From Eledone cirrhosa (taxonomy: Eukaryota), in contig OZ024741.1 in assembly GCA_964016885.1 (NCBI GenBank), forward strand, positions 90,334,001 to 90,398,000: a stretch of 64,000 bases of DNA. Reading direction: 5' to 3'. This document shows, piece after piece, positions 1 to 11,229 of the stretch. The translations under genes were made by a program, and so were the position numbers. The notes under the pieces are model-generated. The model saw only the letters and a list, made by a program, of their open reading frames with translations. It was not told where the DNA came from and ran no database searches. How positions within the stretch are numbered: position 1 is the stretch's first letter; every line of letters begins with the position of its first letter.

Positions 1-200
1 TTCTGAGCTGGCTAGCTGCAGGTGTGAACCTTGCGAGATTGAATGGCTCTTCCAGCGCATCTCCTTTACCATCCTCCGGGGAAATGCCTTCTCTGTTCTG
101 TCTGCTGGGGCCATGGGACAGCCAGCGTGTGGGACCCCATTTGCTCATAATAGTGAAGAGATGGAGGTGATGACAATGGGAGTTTGGCTCCTCTGTGTTC
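1..200 (+). mobile_element. 3' fragment of a CRE-like (RLE-endonuclease) non-LTR retrotransposon, lying upstream of the SDR exon (probably intronic)
   Basis: Frame from nt 2 reads SELASCRCEPCEIEWLFQRISFTILRGNAFSVL, resembling the C-terminal 'QR(I/L)S.AIQRGNA' motif of CRE-clade ORFs; the right boundary is approximate. Confidence 0.55.
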
Positions 201-415
201 GGACCTGGTGTACATGTATGTTTACATCTATTCTTATGTGTGGAATATTGTTCAACAACAACGCTATATCTATAAAACCTGATCTGTGGATCTCAACATT
301 CTCTCCCTAATACAATTTTTATTTTATTTATTGTATATTTCACAGCCTGTATAAAGGCTCTACAACAAAATAAATTTGAGAACGACTTATCAATATTTTT
401 GGTTTGTCATTCCAG

Positions 416-639
416 GAACCGAAAATGCTGTTTCCAAATTAAAGGAGTTTCAAAGAGGAAATGTTTTGGATTTAATCAAACCTGCCCGACCAGAGGATGC
501 TGCAATGGCTATTATCAAAGGGGGAGCTATGCGCAAACGAGAAATATACTTCCCTTACTGGTCTGCCAAGTTCTACACAATGTGTAGGGATTTGTTTCGA
601 GGCATTCTAGAACATTCCATAAAATTTATGTATAAGTGA
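416..639 (+). CDS. Last coding exon of an 11-beta-hydroxysteroid dehydrogenase-like short-chain dehydrogenase/reductase (HSD11B1/HSD11B1L-like)
   Basis: Acceptor ttgtcattccAG at 414-415, phase 1. Peptide (G)TENAV...PEDAAMAIIKGGAMRKREIYFPY...ILE resembles the HSD11B1 C-terminus (DTETA...KEECALEIIKGGALRQEEVYY). Stop TGA at 637-639. Upstream exons are outside the window. Confidence 0.75.
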
Positions 640-710
640 AGTAGCTTATTTGTTGTATAGCTTGAGTGACAAGCTTTGATTACTGCTATTGTCTGTAAGT
701 TGTGTTTTCT

Positions 711-749
<39 letters not shown>

Positions 750-1925
750 TGCCTGCATGTATCTATATGTCTGTCTGCATGTGTCTATGGGTCTGACTGC
801 CTGTGTGTGTGTGTGTGGAAACATATTGATTGGAGAATTCTACTTTGTTGCTAAAATGTCATTTTCTTTAAATGGAATGTAAATCACATACATTTATAAG
901 CACACACACATACATATAGATGGTAAATATAAATCATTATCTGTACCTACATAAATACATACATACAAACACCCCACACATACACACATTTATATAAAAA
1001 TATACTCACAAGCATTGATATACAAAAGTATATACATTGATATACAAATACGTACATATATACATATATACACACATACACGTGAACACACATACGTCCA
1101 CACACACACACAGTCATACATATGTGCGATTCATGTGGCGAATTTATAATTTCACTTCCAGAAAAAATATTTTTTGTTTAAACAAAAGTAGACATACCAT
1201 ATATATGAAATTTAAGAGAATGTTTTGCCTCTTGCAAAGGCCAGTATAATGCATATTAACTATATTAGTATAGTTACACATCTTGTATTTATTTACTAGA
1301 TAGGGAAGTTTAAATTACTCCATGAAGATTTAACTTTTTCGTTACCAACATTGTCAATTGTTACAGACATGGCCAAAATGGGCTCTAATTCTATTGTACA
1401 AAACCACCCATTTTGTAAGGGTTCCCATTTAAGTTAAAATCTACCAACGTAATTTTGTATACAAAACCTCCCATTTCCAAAGGATTTTCATTTAAATTAT
1501 AATTTTCCAACAAAATTTTATTTAAAAACGATATGTTAAGTTACAATCATAGTAATGAAAGAATTAATCATAGTAATGAAAGAATTAATCATTTTATTAA
1601 ATCCTTCAAAATTCTTCAATACATCAGCATCCACAATGCTGATAAAATATCAATACAATTTATATAATGAATAAGAGAATACCAATATATGCAGCACTAA
1701 AAACGAACAAAAAAGGTGGAGAGGGAAAAAAGGTGGAGATAGAAAAAAAGGGGGAATAATAAAGAAGAAAAAAGGGCAGAGGACTTGCACACTTAACCAT
1801 ACACTACAACAAGGGGTACAAGAGTATCCCTTTAATATTTAGAAATATGGCTATGAAAGGGCTAAAACATAAGTTTGTGTAATTTTACAATACAATATCA
1901 AGTCTACTGTAGATGCAATATATCA

Positions 1926-2148
1926 GGATTGGTAGTATCAGTAGAGAGTCGGACACCATGCTTTGCAGCATTGAGTTACGGTCCTTTATGGACTGAGTTC
2001 AAATCCCGCTGGGGTTAACTTTGCCTTTCATCCTTACGGGGTCGATAAAATAAAGCACCAGTAACGTATTGGGGTCGATTTAATCGACTTCCCCCCCCCC
2101 CCCCCCCCCAAAATGTTTGGCCTTGTGCCTATACTAGAAATCATTATT
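1926..2148 (+). mobile_element. tRNA-derived SINE with a Meta-domain-like core
   Basis: A-box-like TGGTAGTATCAG, B-box GAGTTCAAATCC, core GCCTTTCATCCTTACGGGGTCGATAAAAT..ACCAG, and tail ending GAAATCATTATT; more than 12 related copies in the window. Confidence 0.85.
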
Positions 2149-2330
2149 TCACCATATATAATTGTGTCAAAATTCATTTCTAGACTGTTAATTCCTTTTT
2201 GTGGAATATTCTACTAAATATCTATATTGTAAAGCCTCTTCTCATTGGCTATATACTGCAGGCAAGAGAATATCAGTAGGATTACTGTCTTATAATTTTT
2301 TGTAAATGTGTATATATATATATATATATA

Positions 2331-2720
2331 AAAACAACTAACTAACGAAACGAAATTAAATTTCGTTTCGCTTCTAACTCACTTTTGTATGACTGACGCT
2401 TAAACAATTAAGTTAAAGTGTACATCTACATATGTATACGGAAGTACTAGTATGCATATAAATACACACATGTATACATATGTACATGTACCGAGTACAT
2501 ATGTATACATTTGCCTTTCATCCTTATGGGGTCGAGTATCCCTTTAATATTTAGAAATATGGCTATGAAAGGGCTAAAACATAAGTTTGTGTAATTTTAC
2601 AATACAATATCAAGTCTACTGTAGATATCGGTACATGTACATATGTATACATGTGTGTATTTATATGCATACTAGTACTTCCGTATACATATGTAGATGT
2701 ACACTTTAACTTAATTGTAT
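2331..2720. mobile_element. Mosaic insertion: inverted and direct pieces of the hammerhead-repeat family (see 32142-32840) enclosing copied local DNA
   Basis: 2331-2496 is the reverse complement of about 32277-32440. 2628-2718 is a direct copy of about 32280-32369. 2510-2535 copies the SINE core near 2020-2045, and 2534-2625 copies host sequence 1822-1914. Confidence 0.85.
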
Positions 2721-2777
2721 ATATATATATATATGTAGAAACACACATAGTGAAATTCCATTCTGACGAAATTTTAC

Positions 2778-2839
2778 TTGTATATTTATATAAATATATA
2801 CATATATGTATTTATACATGTGTATATATATATACACAA

Positions 2840-2903
<64 letters not shown>

Positions 2904-2956
2904 TCAAGTATACATACATATACATACACATGTATAAATAAATATATATACACATG

Positions 2957-2993
<37 letters not shown>

Positions 2994-3940
2994 TCAAGTA
3001 TTACATACACAAGTATACATACATATACATACATGTATAAATAAATATATATACACATGTATAAATACATATATATATATATATATATACATATATATAT
3101 ACACAAGTATACATACACAAGTATACATACATATACATACACATGTATAAATACATATATATACACATGTATAAATACATATATATACACATGTATAAAT
3201 ACATAATCTATGCACATGTATAAATACATATATACATGTGTATAAATACATATATAGATATATGTATTTATACATGGCAATATTACGCAAATATGACCCT
3301 CCCCAAATATAACAATATCTGTTTCGACACACGATTTCATATAAAAAACCTCGCAAAACTAATTCATCGCCGCTATTTATACATGTATATATATATATAT
3401 GTATTTATACATGTGTATATATATATATGTATTTATACATGTGTGTATATATATGTAATTATACATGTGTGTATATATATGTAATTATACATGTGTATAT
3501 ATATATATGTATTTATACATGTGTATATATATATGTATTTATACATGTGTATATATATATGTATTTATGTATGTGTGTATATATATATATATTTATACAT
3601 GTGTATATATATATTTATACATGTGTATATATATATATTTATACATGTGTATATATATATATTTATACATGTGTATATATATATATATATTTATACATGT
3701 GTATATATATATATGTATTTATACATGTGTGTATATATATTTATACATGCGTATATATATGTATTTATACATGTGTATATATATGTATTTATACATGTGT
3801 ATGTATATATATATGTATTTATACATGTGTATATATATATGTATTTATACATGTGTGTATATATATTTATACATGCGTATATATATGTATTTATACATGT
3901 GTATATATATGTATTTATACATGTGTATGTATATGTATGT
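2778..3940. repeat. Compound (TA)n / ATTTATACATGTGT-type micro/minisatellite with an inversion centre near 3240-3380
   Basis: Direct reading: the left half repeats ACACATGTATAAAT and the right half repeats its complement ATTTATACATGTGT. Confidence 0.85.
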
Positions 3941-4230
3941 AACCTTGGCGGGATTTGAACTCGGACCATAAAGGGACGTAAATCTTTGCTGCAAAGCATG
4001 GCTTCCAACCCTCTACCGATACTGCCGATCCATACATAATTTAAATAATTGTTTCTACTTTTGGCACAAGGCCAGCAATTACGCAGTGCATTACTGGTAC
4101 TTTATTTTATCGACCCCGTAAGGATGAAAGGCAAAGTTAACCTCGACAGGATTTGAACTCATACCGTAAAGGGACGTAACTATGCTGGAAAGCATGGCGT
4201 CCGACCCTCTACCGATACTGCCAATTCACC
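3941..4230 (-). mobile_element. Two tandem Meta-domain-like SINE copies (one head-only, one full)
   Basis: Reverse complements of the SINE consensus at 3941-4031 and 4045-4230. Confidence 0.85.
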
Positions 4231-4309
4231 AAATGCATATAAAACAGAATTTATGTTAATGAATATTTTTTTTGCTGTTGAACTGTACATACATTTTTGG
4301 GGGATACCC

Positions 4310-4366
<57 letters not shown>

Positions 4367-4367
4367 G

Positions 4368-4485
4368 AGTCCTGGGTTCAATCAGCAGTAACGACAGTAA
4401 GTAAGGTACTCAATACATAAGTAAAGATGATTTGCTTTGAATGAAACAGTTCTAGTCCTGTAGAAGCCACTTCTATATTAAATTT
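4368..4485. mobile_element. PLE-type terminal fragment with an internal inversion and a partial hammerhead
   Basis: Shares GTAAGTAAGGTACTCAATACATA with about 51866-51889. The following GAATGAAACAGTTCTAGTCCTGTAGAAGC block is in the opposite orientation at about 51905-51946. Embedded in (TA)n. Confidence 0.55.
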
Positions 4486-5200
4486 TGTTTTTATATATAT
4501 ATATATATATATATATAATAGGGGTGTATATGAAAGCATAAACCATATGTTTATATACCATATAAGAGCCTTGCTTTCAATGACAAAATAACTGTTGGTT
4601 AATCAATGATAAACATTGATTGCCAGCTAAAATATTTATAAAAATATACTGAAGCAATAACCAAACCAAACAGTGAGTGTGTTTTACTATTTTTGCCAAT
4701 ATTAGGACATGTCCTTCCCAAAAAATATTTTCAATATGAAAATTATTTTCTTCTCTTTTGCTCTGTCAACATAACGATATCTTAGTGACATGTTAACAGA
4801 GCAAAAGAGAGATAAATGTTTTGGGTATGAAAAAATATATTTTCTTTGATATCGAGGCTCTCATATGTTTATTGTCTACAAACATATAGTATATCCTTTC
4901 ATATACATCCCTATTATGCTATTATGCTTAGTGTTAATGCCGATATATATATATATATATATATATGTCTTATATATATATATATATATATATATGTCTT
5001 ATATATATATATATATAAGACAAAAGGCTTTATAGAATTTGGTTACAACTTTGTATGTTCTGAGTTCAAATTTTACCCCGAGGTCAACTCTGCCTTTCAT
5101 CCTTCTAGGGTTGATAAAATAAAGCACCAGTTATGTACTGGGGTTGCAGAATCGATCTTTTCCTTTCCCCAAATTGTTGGCCTTGTGCCAATGTTAGGAA

Positions 5201-5235
<35 letters not shown>

Positions 5236-5239
<4 letters not shown>

Positions 5240-5350
5240 AACGAGTAGGACCCCGACGGCTGAGCTCAAGCTGTTTCGACGGCTAATTCGAGTCCAGAAT
5301 TAGCCGTCAAAACGGCTTGAGCTCAGCCGTCGGGGTCCTACTCGTTCCTA
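5236..5350. repeat. Near-perfect GC-rich palindrome (54-bp arms, 7-nt loop)
   Basis: 5236-5289 versus 5297-5350 are reverse complements with 2 mismatches. Confidence 0.95.
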
Positions 5351-5635
5351 TTACCCACTCTACTACCCTAAGTATTGAGTACGTTGGTGCGTTATGGTCC
5401 ACCTGGTTTCTTACCACGTTTCCTTCGTTATATATATCTATCTATATATATATATATATATCAAGATAAGCAGAACAAGTAAAATTCAACCAATTTTTCA
5501 AAATAAATCAAAATTAATTTAGAATTAAAATTAATCAAAATTAAAAAATATAATATAAATATTTACCTATTTAAATGGCCCTTACTGTACAGTTTCATGT
5601 TGCAAAACATTAGATATCACATGGATATTAATGGA

Positions 5636-5751
5636 AATATATATATATACATATATATATATATGTGTTTGTGTGTGTGTATATATGTGTTTGTGTGTGT
5701 ATATGTGTTTGTGTGTATATATGTGTGTGTGTGTATATGTGTGTGTATATA

Positions 5752-5800
<49 letters not shown>

Positions 5801-6025
5801 ATATATGTGTGTGTGTGTATATATGTGTGTGTGTGTATATATATGTGTGTGTGTGTATATATATGTGTGTGTGTGTATATATATATGTGTGTGTGTGTAT
5901 ATATGTGTGTATATGTGTGGTGTGTGTATATGTATATGTGTGTGTATATATGTGTGTGTGTATGTATATATGTATTAATATATATATGTGTTTATATATA
6001 TATATGTGTGTGTATATATATATAT
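5636..6025. repeat. (TG)n/(TA)n compound microsatellite
   Basis: Direct reading. Confidence 0.9.
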
Positions 6026-6407
6026 TAGTTTTTATTAAAGTTCATACACTTAACAGGTATGCCTGAGCTTAATTTTTGGAATCCAGTTTTGGCTACCACC
6101 ATATAGTGGAGTAGTGGTTCTAAAACCAGCCTCACATGTCAGGTGAAAGGAGAGGTTTAAAAATAGCCAGTTAGTTTACCTATGGACATTAGATGATGAT
6201 GACGACGACATGCCCAACTTATGCAAGCATGGAAAATCACACGTAAAATAATTATATATATGTGTGTATATCATCATCCTCCTCACCGATTAATGTCCAT
6301 ATATATATATATATATATATACATACAAACACACATTCTGCAGAGGTCAATTATGTACTGGTCCAGTTTATTATTTGTCTCCATCTATCTCTATATACAT
6401 GTGTGTG

Positions 6408-7614
6408 TGTGTTTGTCCCAAAAGTAAGGGTACTGTTTTTCCTATGTACGACATGGTGACGCAGGACCCCGTTGATGTATATAGGGTATGACCTTAGCTG
6501 CCCGTGCATACTTGTTTCCACATGAACGATTTAGTCAGTCGTGAGTTATTACTGTTTATATGCAGACGTGTTTATAATCTCTATTACGTTTGCAGTGCAG
6601 GAAAATATCGAACAGTACGCAATCAAATTTTGTGTGAAACTCAACAAATCTGCAGTCGAAACATTTTAAGTGTCACAAAGCTTTCAATGAGGGCTGAAAA
6701 AATGCTGAAGAGGAATCTCGTTCAGGAAAGCTATCTCATCAACAAATGAAAAACATGTGGAAGTAGTGCGAACGGTGATGGCAAATGATCGCCGAGTAAG
6801 TGTTGGGATGAATGCAATTCATAAAATTTTAACAGATCATTTGCCCATGCGAAAAAATCGGGCAAAACTAGTGCCAAACACTTTGGTTATTTAGTACAGT
6901 TGGAAATTTGTCAGAATTTACTAGAAAAATTCAAAATTGAGTCAAATTTCTTGGATTAAGTAATAATAGGCGATGGATCATGGGTGGTCGAGGACTATCC
7001 AGAGTCAAAATGGTAAAGTGAAGAGTGGCACATGAAAAATTCTCCTGTCCGAAGAAAGAACGCATGAGCAGATCCAGAGTGAAAACGATGGTTGTCATTT
7101 TTTAAGCAGCCATGGTATTGTTCACAAAGAATGTTTACCTCCAGGACAGACAGTTAATCGCACCTTTTACAAAGATGTCTTGGAACGACTTCAAAAACGG
7201 GTCCAGTGAGTCCGAAAGGACATTGCAGGAGTTTGGGTACTGTACTACAATAACGCACCTGCTCACACAGCACTTTACATTTAGAGAATTTCTGGCTAAG
7301 AAAAACATTCCCACTCTTCCACACTCAGCCTACAACTCAGATTGGCTTCAAGTGATTTCTACCTCTTCCTTAAGTTGAAATCGAATTTGAAGGGTCATCA
7401 TTATAGGACTGTGGAAAACATCAAAAAAAGAAAAAAAATTGTAATCAATGAGCTAAGGACACTCACAGAAAATGACTTCCGGTACTGCTACATTCAATGG
7501 AAGAAAGGTTGGAACCACTGTGTGACTTCCCAAATGTTGTATTTTGGAGGAGATAACTTGTAATTTCATGTACGTCTAATATACATTAGAACCTTCATTT
7601 TTGGGACAAACCTT
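6408..7614 (+). mobile_element. Decayed mariner (Tc1/mariner, DD34D-like) DNA transposon
   Basis: TIRs GTTTGTCCCAAAA near 6411-6424 and TTTTGGGACAAAC near 7599-7611. Broken transposase motifs GDGSWV, GIVHKECLPPGQTVN, NNAPAH, HSAYNSD-LASSDFYLF, W..CV....YF. Confidence 0.85.
6535..6570 (+). promoter_or_regulatory. Inr + DPE core-promoter pair of the mariner element
   Basis: TCAGTC with A(+1) at 6537 and AGACG at 6564, exactly +28, the canonical Inr-DPE spacing. Confidence 0.55.
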
Positions 7615-8159
7615 ATATATATATATCTGTAGTGGTGCAGTGTTCTTTCCTTTCAGCTGTCACATCCTCGATGTTTTACTGGACCAATATCCTTATATAG
7701 TGACAAAACATGTTTGTTTGTATTGTATTATATTATAATATATTTTGTAATATATTTCACTATTTTTTCATAGAATGTTTTCTTTTTACCTATTTTTTTT
7801 CTTTTCTCGTATTTGTGTGTAGTATCCCTATCAAAAATTGGAATTTTCAGTTGTAGCTTGGTTTTGGCTCACGGGTATAATGTTTGACCGCCAACCACAA
7901 GAATTTTGTTTGAGATCTTCATCTCTCATTCTTAAGTGTATGTGTACGTCTGCGTACATCTGAATGTGTTTGAGAGGAAGAGAGAGAGAGAGAGAAGCAG
8001 AACTCGGATGAGAGACATAGACAAATGCTTGATGTGCAATGTCATACAATATATTTGAAAACAATGATGATAATAATAATATTATATTAAAGAAACTGTG
8101 TAAAGAATATGTACATTTGTGTATTCATAGAGAAATATGTCTCTCAGCATGTATATACG

Positions 8160-8484
8160 TACTCTCAGGTCTCAAATAATAGGGGGTTGGGGTGGAATAA
8201 GGGGGAGGGTTTGGAAAATCGGTTATTTTTTTAGGTTGATTTTTTTTTTTAAACACAGAATTAGTCGCTTAGTTACATATTGAGTTTAAATATTTATTTT
8301 ATAACGTATATCATTTCTTGTAATGTACATTTTTTGACATGTATAATGTTTTTTTAATGTGTAAAGAAAATTAAATGTCGTAGGAATGTGCTACCACTTA
8401 AAATAAACAATTCCCTTGAGATAGATTAACAAAATTTAATAAGCAGTGTTGGAGGACGGGACGATTATTCGAGACCCGGGTGTA
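8160..8484. mobile_element. Old TA-flanked MITE (Tc1/pogo-like)
   Basis: Imperfect TIRs TACTCTCAGGTCTCAAATAAT and ATTATTCGAGACCCGGGTGTA, with TA at both ends. Confidence 0.55.
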
Positions 8485-8566
8485 AATGTACATATATTTA
8501 CAAATATATTATATACCTATAAATGCATTAAAACATTATTTATCCCGTTACACACACACACACACA

Positions 8567-8612
<46 letters not shown>

Positions 8613-8898
8613 CACATATATACACATATATACGTACATATATAACTAATAACCCTCACTGGGTTTCATATTTCGATAAAAAATATACAAAAATAAAATA
8701 AAAAATAAAAGAATTATGAAAATATATATTTACAGGAGTGAAAGAATAACAAAAATAATAATTGTTAATATCGATTTTGTCAGTTTATTTTGTAAATAAA
8801 TATGTTTAAAAAATAAACGAAGGTAAAACGAATTGCTTTAATAACTTGAAATGGTGTTTTTGTTTGAGAAACCTTAAAGAAGATACTGTATACGGAGA

Positions 8899-9615
8899 GC
8901 CACCACAAACACCTTCACTGCCCCCACCAACCCCAGCACCACCACAAACACCTTCACTGCCCCCACCAACCCCAGCACCACCACCTACACCTTCACTGCT
9001 CCCACCAACCCCAGCACCACCACCTACACCTTCACTGCCCCCACCAACCCCAGCACCACCACCCACACCTTCACTGCCCTCACCAACCCCAGCACCACCA
9101 CCTACACCTTCACTGCCCCCACCAACCCCAGCACCACCACCTACACCTTCACTGCCCTCACCAACCCCAGCACCACCACCTACACCTTCACTGCCCCCAC
9201 CAACCCCCAGCACCACCACCTACACCTTCACTGCCCCCACCAACCCCCAGCACCACCACCTACACCTTTACTGCCCCCACCAACCCCAGCACCACCACCT
9301 ACACCTTCACTGCCCTCACCAACCCCAGCACCACCACAAACACCTTCACTGCCCCCACCAACCCCAGCACCACCACCTACACCTTCACTGCCCCCACCAA
9401 CCCCAGCACCACCACCTACACCTTCACTGCCCTCACCAACCCCAGCACCACCACAAACACCTTCACTTCCTCCACCAAGCCAAGCAGCACCACAAACACC
9501 TTCACTGCCCTCACCAAGCCAAGCAGCACCACAAACACGACCACTGCCCTCACCAAGCCAAGCAGCACCACAAACACCTCCACTGCCCTCACCAAGCCAA
9601 GCAGCACCACAAACA
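8899..9615. repeat. 39-bp C-rich minisatellite (about 18 units)
   Basis: Unit CACCACCACCTACACCTTCACTGCCCCCACCAACCCCAG; variants drift towards the 3' end. Confidence 0.95.
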
Positions 9616-10082
9616 TCATTCCTCTAACCACCTTGCAACATTACTTTAGTTGCTCATTCAACCAGAAAGCTTGAGCAGGTTCACTAGATAGCACGGGCCT
9701 ACGATTTTGATGGGACTTACTCTCTTCAAGTTTTAGTTTTTCATTATGTTCTGATACTTGTACTTGACATATACATGTATATAACATGTATATATCCCAT
9801 GCATAAACCGTATGTAATGATGACTAATTATTAAAGTACTTAATGAGTAAATAGAAATGGAGTTTACATTTTACATCTGACCTCCACATATTAGATGAGT
9901 GAGGAGGGGGCTTTTCACATATAGCCTGGATATTACTTGCTTTGCACTGGCTTACATTCAGCACACATGTTTACATGCTTACATATTAGACATGTGTATA
10001 TATTTATACACTTTGGTGCAGTCTCGGTTACAGATTCTGTATTTATATAGATACAAATTTATCATATATATATATATATATG

Positions 10083-10119
<37 letters not shown>

Positions 10120-10124
<5 letters not shown>

Positions 10125-10580
10125 CACAGGCGGAAATGCTATATATATATTTTCGCATGTTTTCAAGTTCCACATGAGAGCCAGTAGCTCGAAATGCACA
10201 CAGATAGTTGTCTCTCGCTGCTTCTGCTGGAATCCACTCGATGGTGCTGGTCGTCAGCCTTTCAATATTCATAGCTGGGCTTTCAAAATGTTTATTTATT
10301 AAACATACCCTATATCTTTAGACATACGAAATTCACATACATATATGTATACAGCTATGCCGAAGCTAAATTTTAATTCTACTTTTAAGTTGAGCCAACT
10401 TATACAGCTTCATATATATATGAGGCTAATCAGCCCACCTACACAGGCGAAAATACTATATATTTTTGCCTGTTTTCAGGTTCCAACAGAGAGCAGGGAA
10501 GCACTGACCCGATGAGGCCCAGTATCTCGAAATGCGCATAGACAGTTGTCCCTCGTTGCTTATGCTGGAATCTGCTAGAC
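10120..10580 (+). repeat. Two diverged direct copies of a decayed hammerhead-containing repeat; the second copy is interrupted by the hAT element
   Basis: About 10123-10290 aligns to 10441-10580 joined to 33507-33545. Cores: ATGA-GAGC-cagta-GCTC-GAAA-TGCACA (10174-10200) and CCGATGA...GAAA-TGCGCA-TA-GACAG (10509-10545). Confidence 0.65.
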
Positions 10581-11229
10581 CAAAGGTTCTCAACCCATTT
10601 CGGCCAAACGCCCTCTTTTTCCCTTCGAAATCACGAAACGCTCCCCTACCCTTTTTTTCCATTTTTCAATATACTACTGATTTTGATATCAGTAGAGTAC
10701 TAAAAAAATGATTAACGATATTCCAAAGATACCATTGCAGGCAGTTGAAAGTATAAATACATTCCTTGAAAGGAAGTATATAGATTTCAAAAAAAGGAAC
10801 ATAAATGTTCTTTTTTATGAATTAGGACCAGTTGAATTTGTTATATTCCCACCAGACGATAGCAACTATTTTGAACATTTATACAAGAGCAATTCTGTCT
10901 ATCCAAAGAGTGCTCTTATCTGGAAGAAAGTGGCAATTGTATTATTTCAAAGCTTTCCAATTTTCCCTTTAATGAAACGGACAGAATAAATGTTGATATC
11001 TAACTTGATGTCCCCCTCCGCTTTGTGACCACGCATGAGGGTTTTCATGACCTCGTAAGAGGGTATATTCATTAGTAAACGGTAAAATATATACAACAAA
11101 TGAGTAAGTGAATTGTGGTAGATGGTTTCCAGTCCAGTCAGACTGCAACTACAAATAAAAAATCGACTTACTTTGACCTCGTATCAATGGGACCCTTGAG
11201 CTTCATGGAGATTAGCTAACTCTTTGACG

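Noticed and set aside
1926-2010. tRNA gene-like A and B boxes (also at 34716, 43568, 48738 and 50590)
   Set aside because: No cloverleaf is evident, and the boxes continue into SINE bodies, several with TSDs.
2563-6066. Many long YI/CV/HT-rich ORFs here and at 15153-15807, 27369-28953 and 50175-55493
   Set aside because: They are translations of dinucleotide microsatellites that happen to lack stop codons; there is no coding signal.
8846-9649. 267-aa Pro/His-rich ORF (extensin- or mucin-like)
   Set aside because: It is almost entirely the 39-bp minisatellite, changes register at indels, starts at TTG, and has no splice or homology support.
10708-10989. 93-aa ORF inside the hAT subterminal region
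   Set aside because: No recognisable motif, and the length is compatible with chance.
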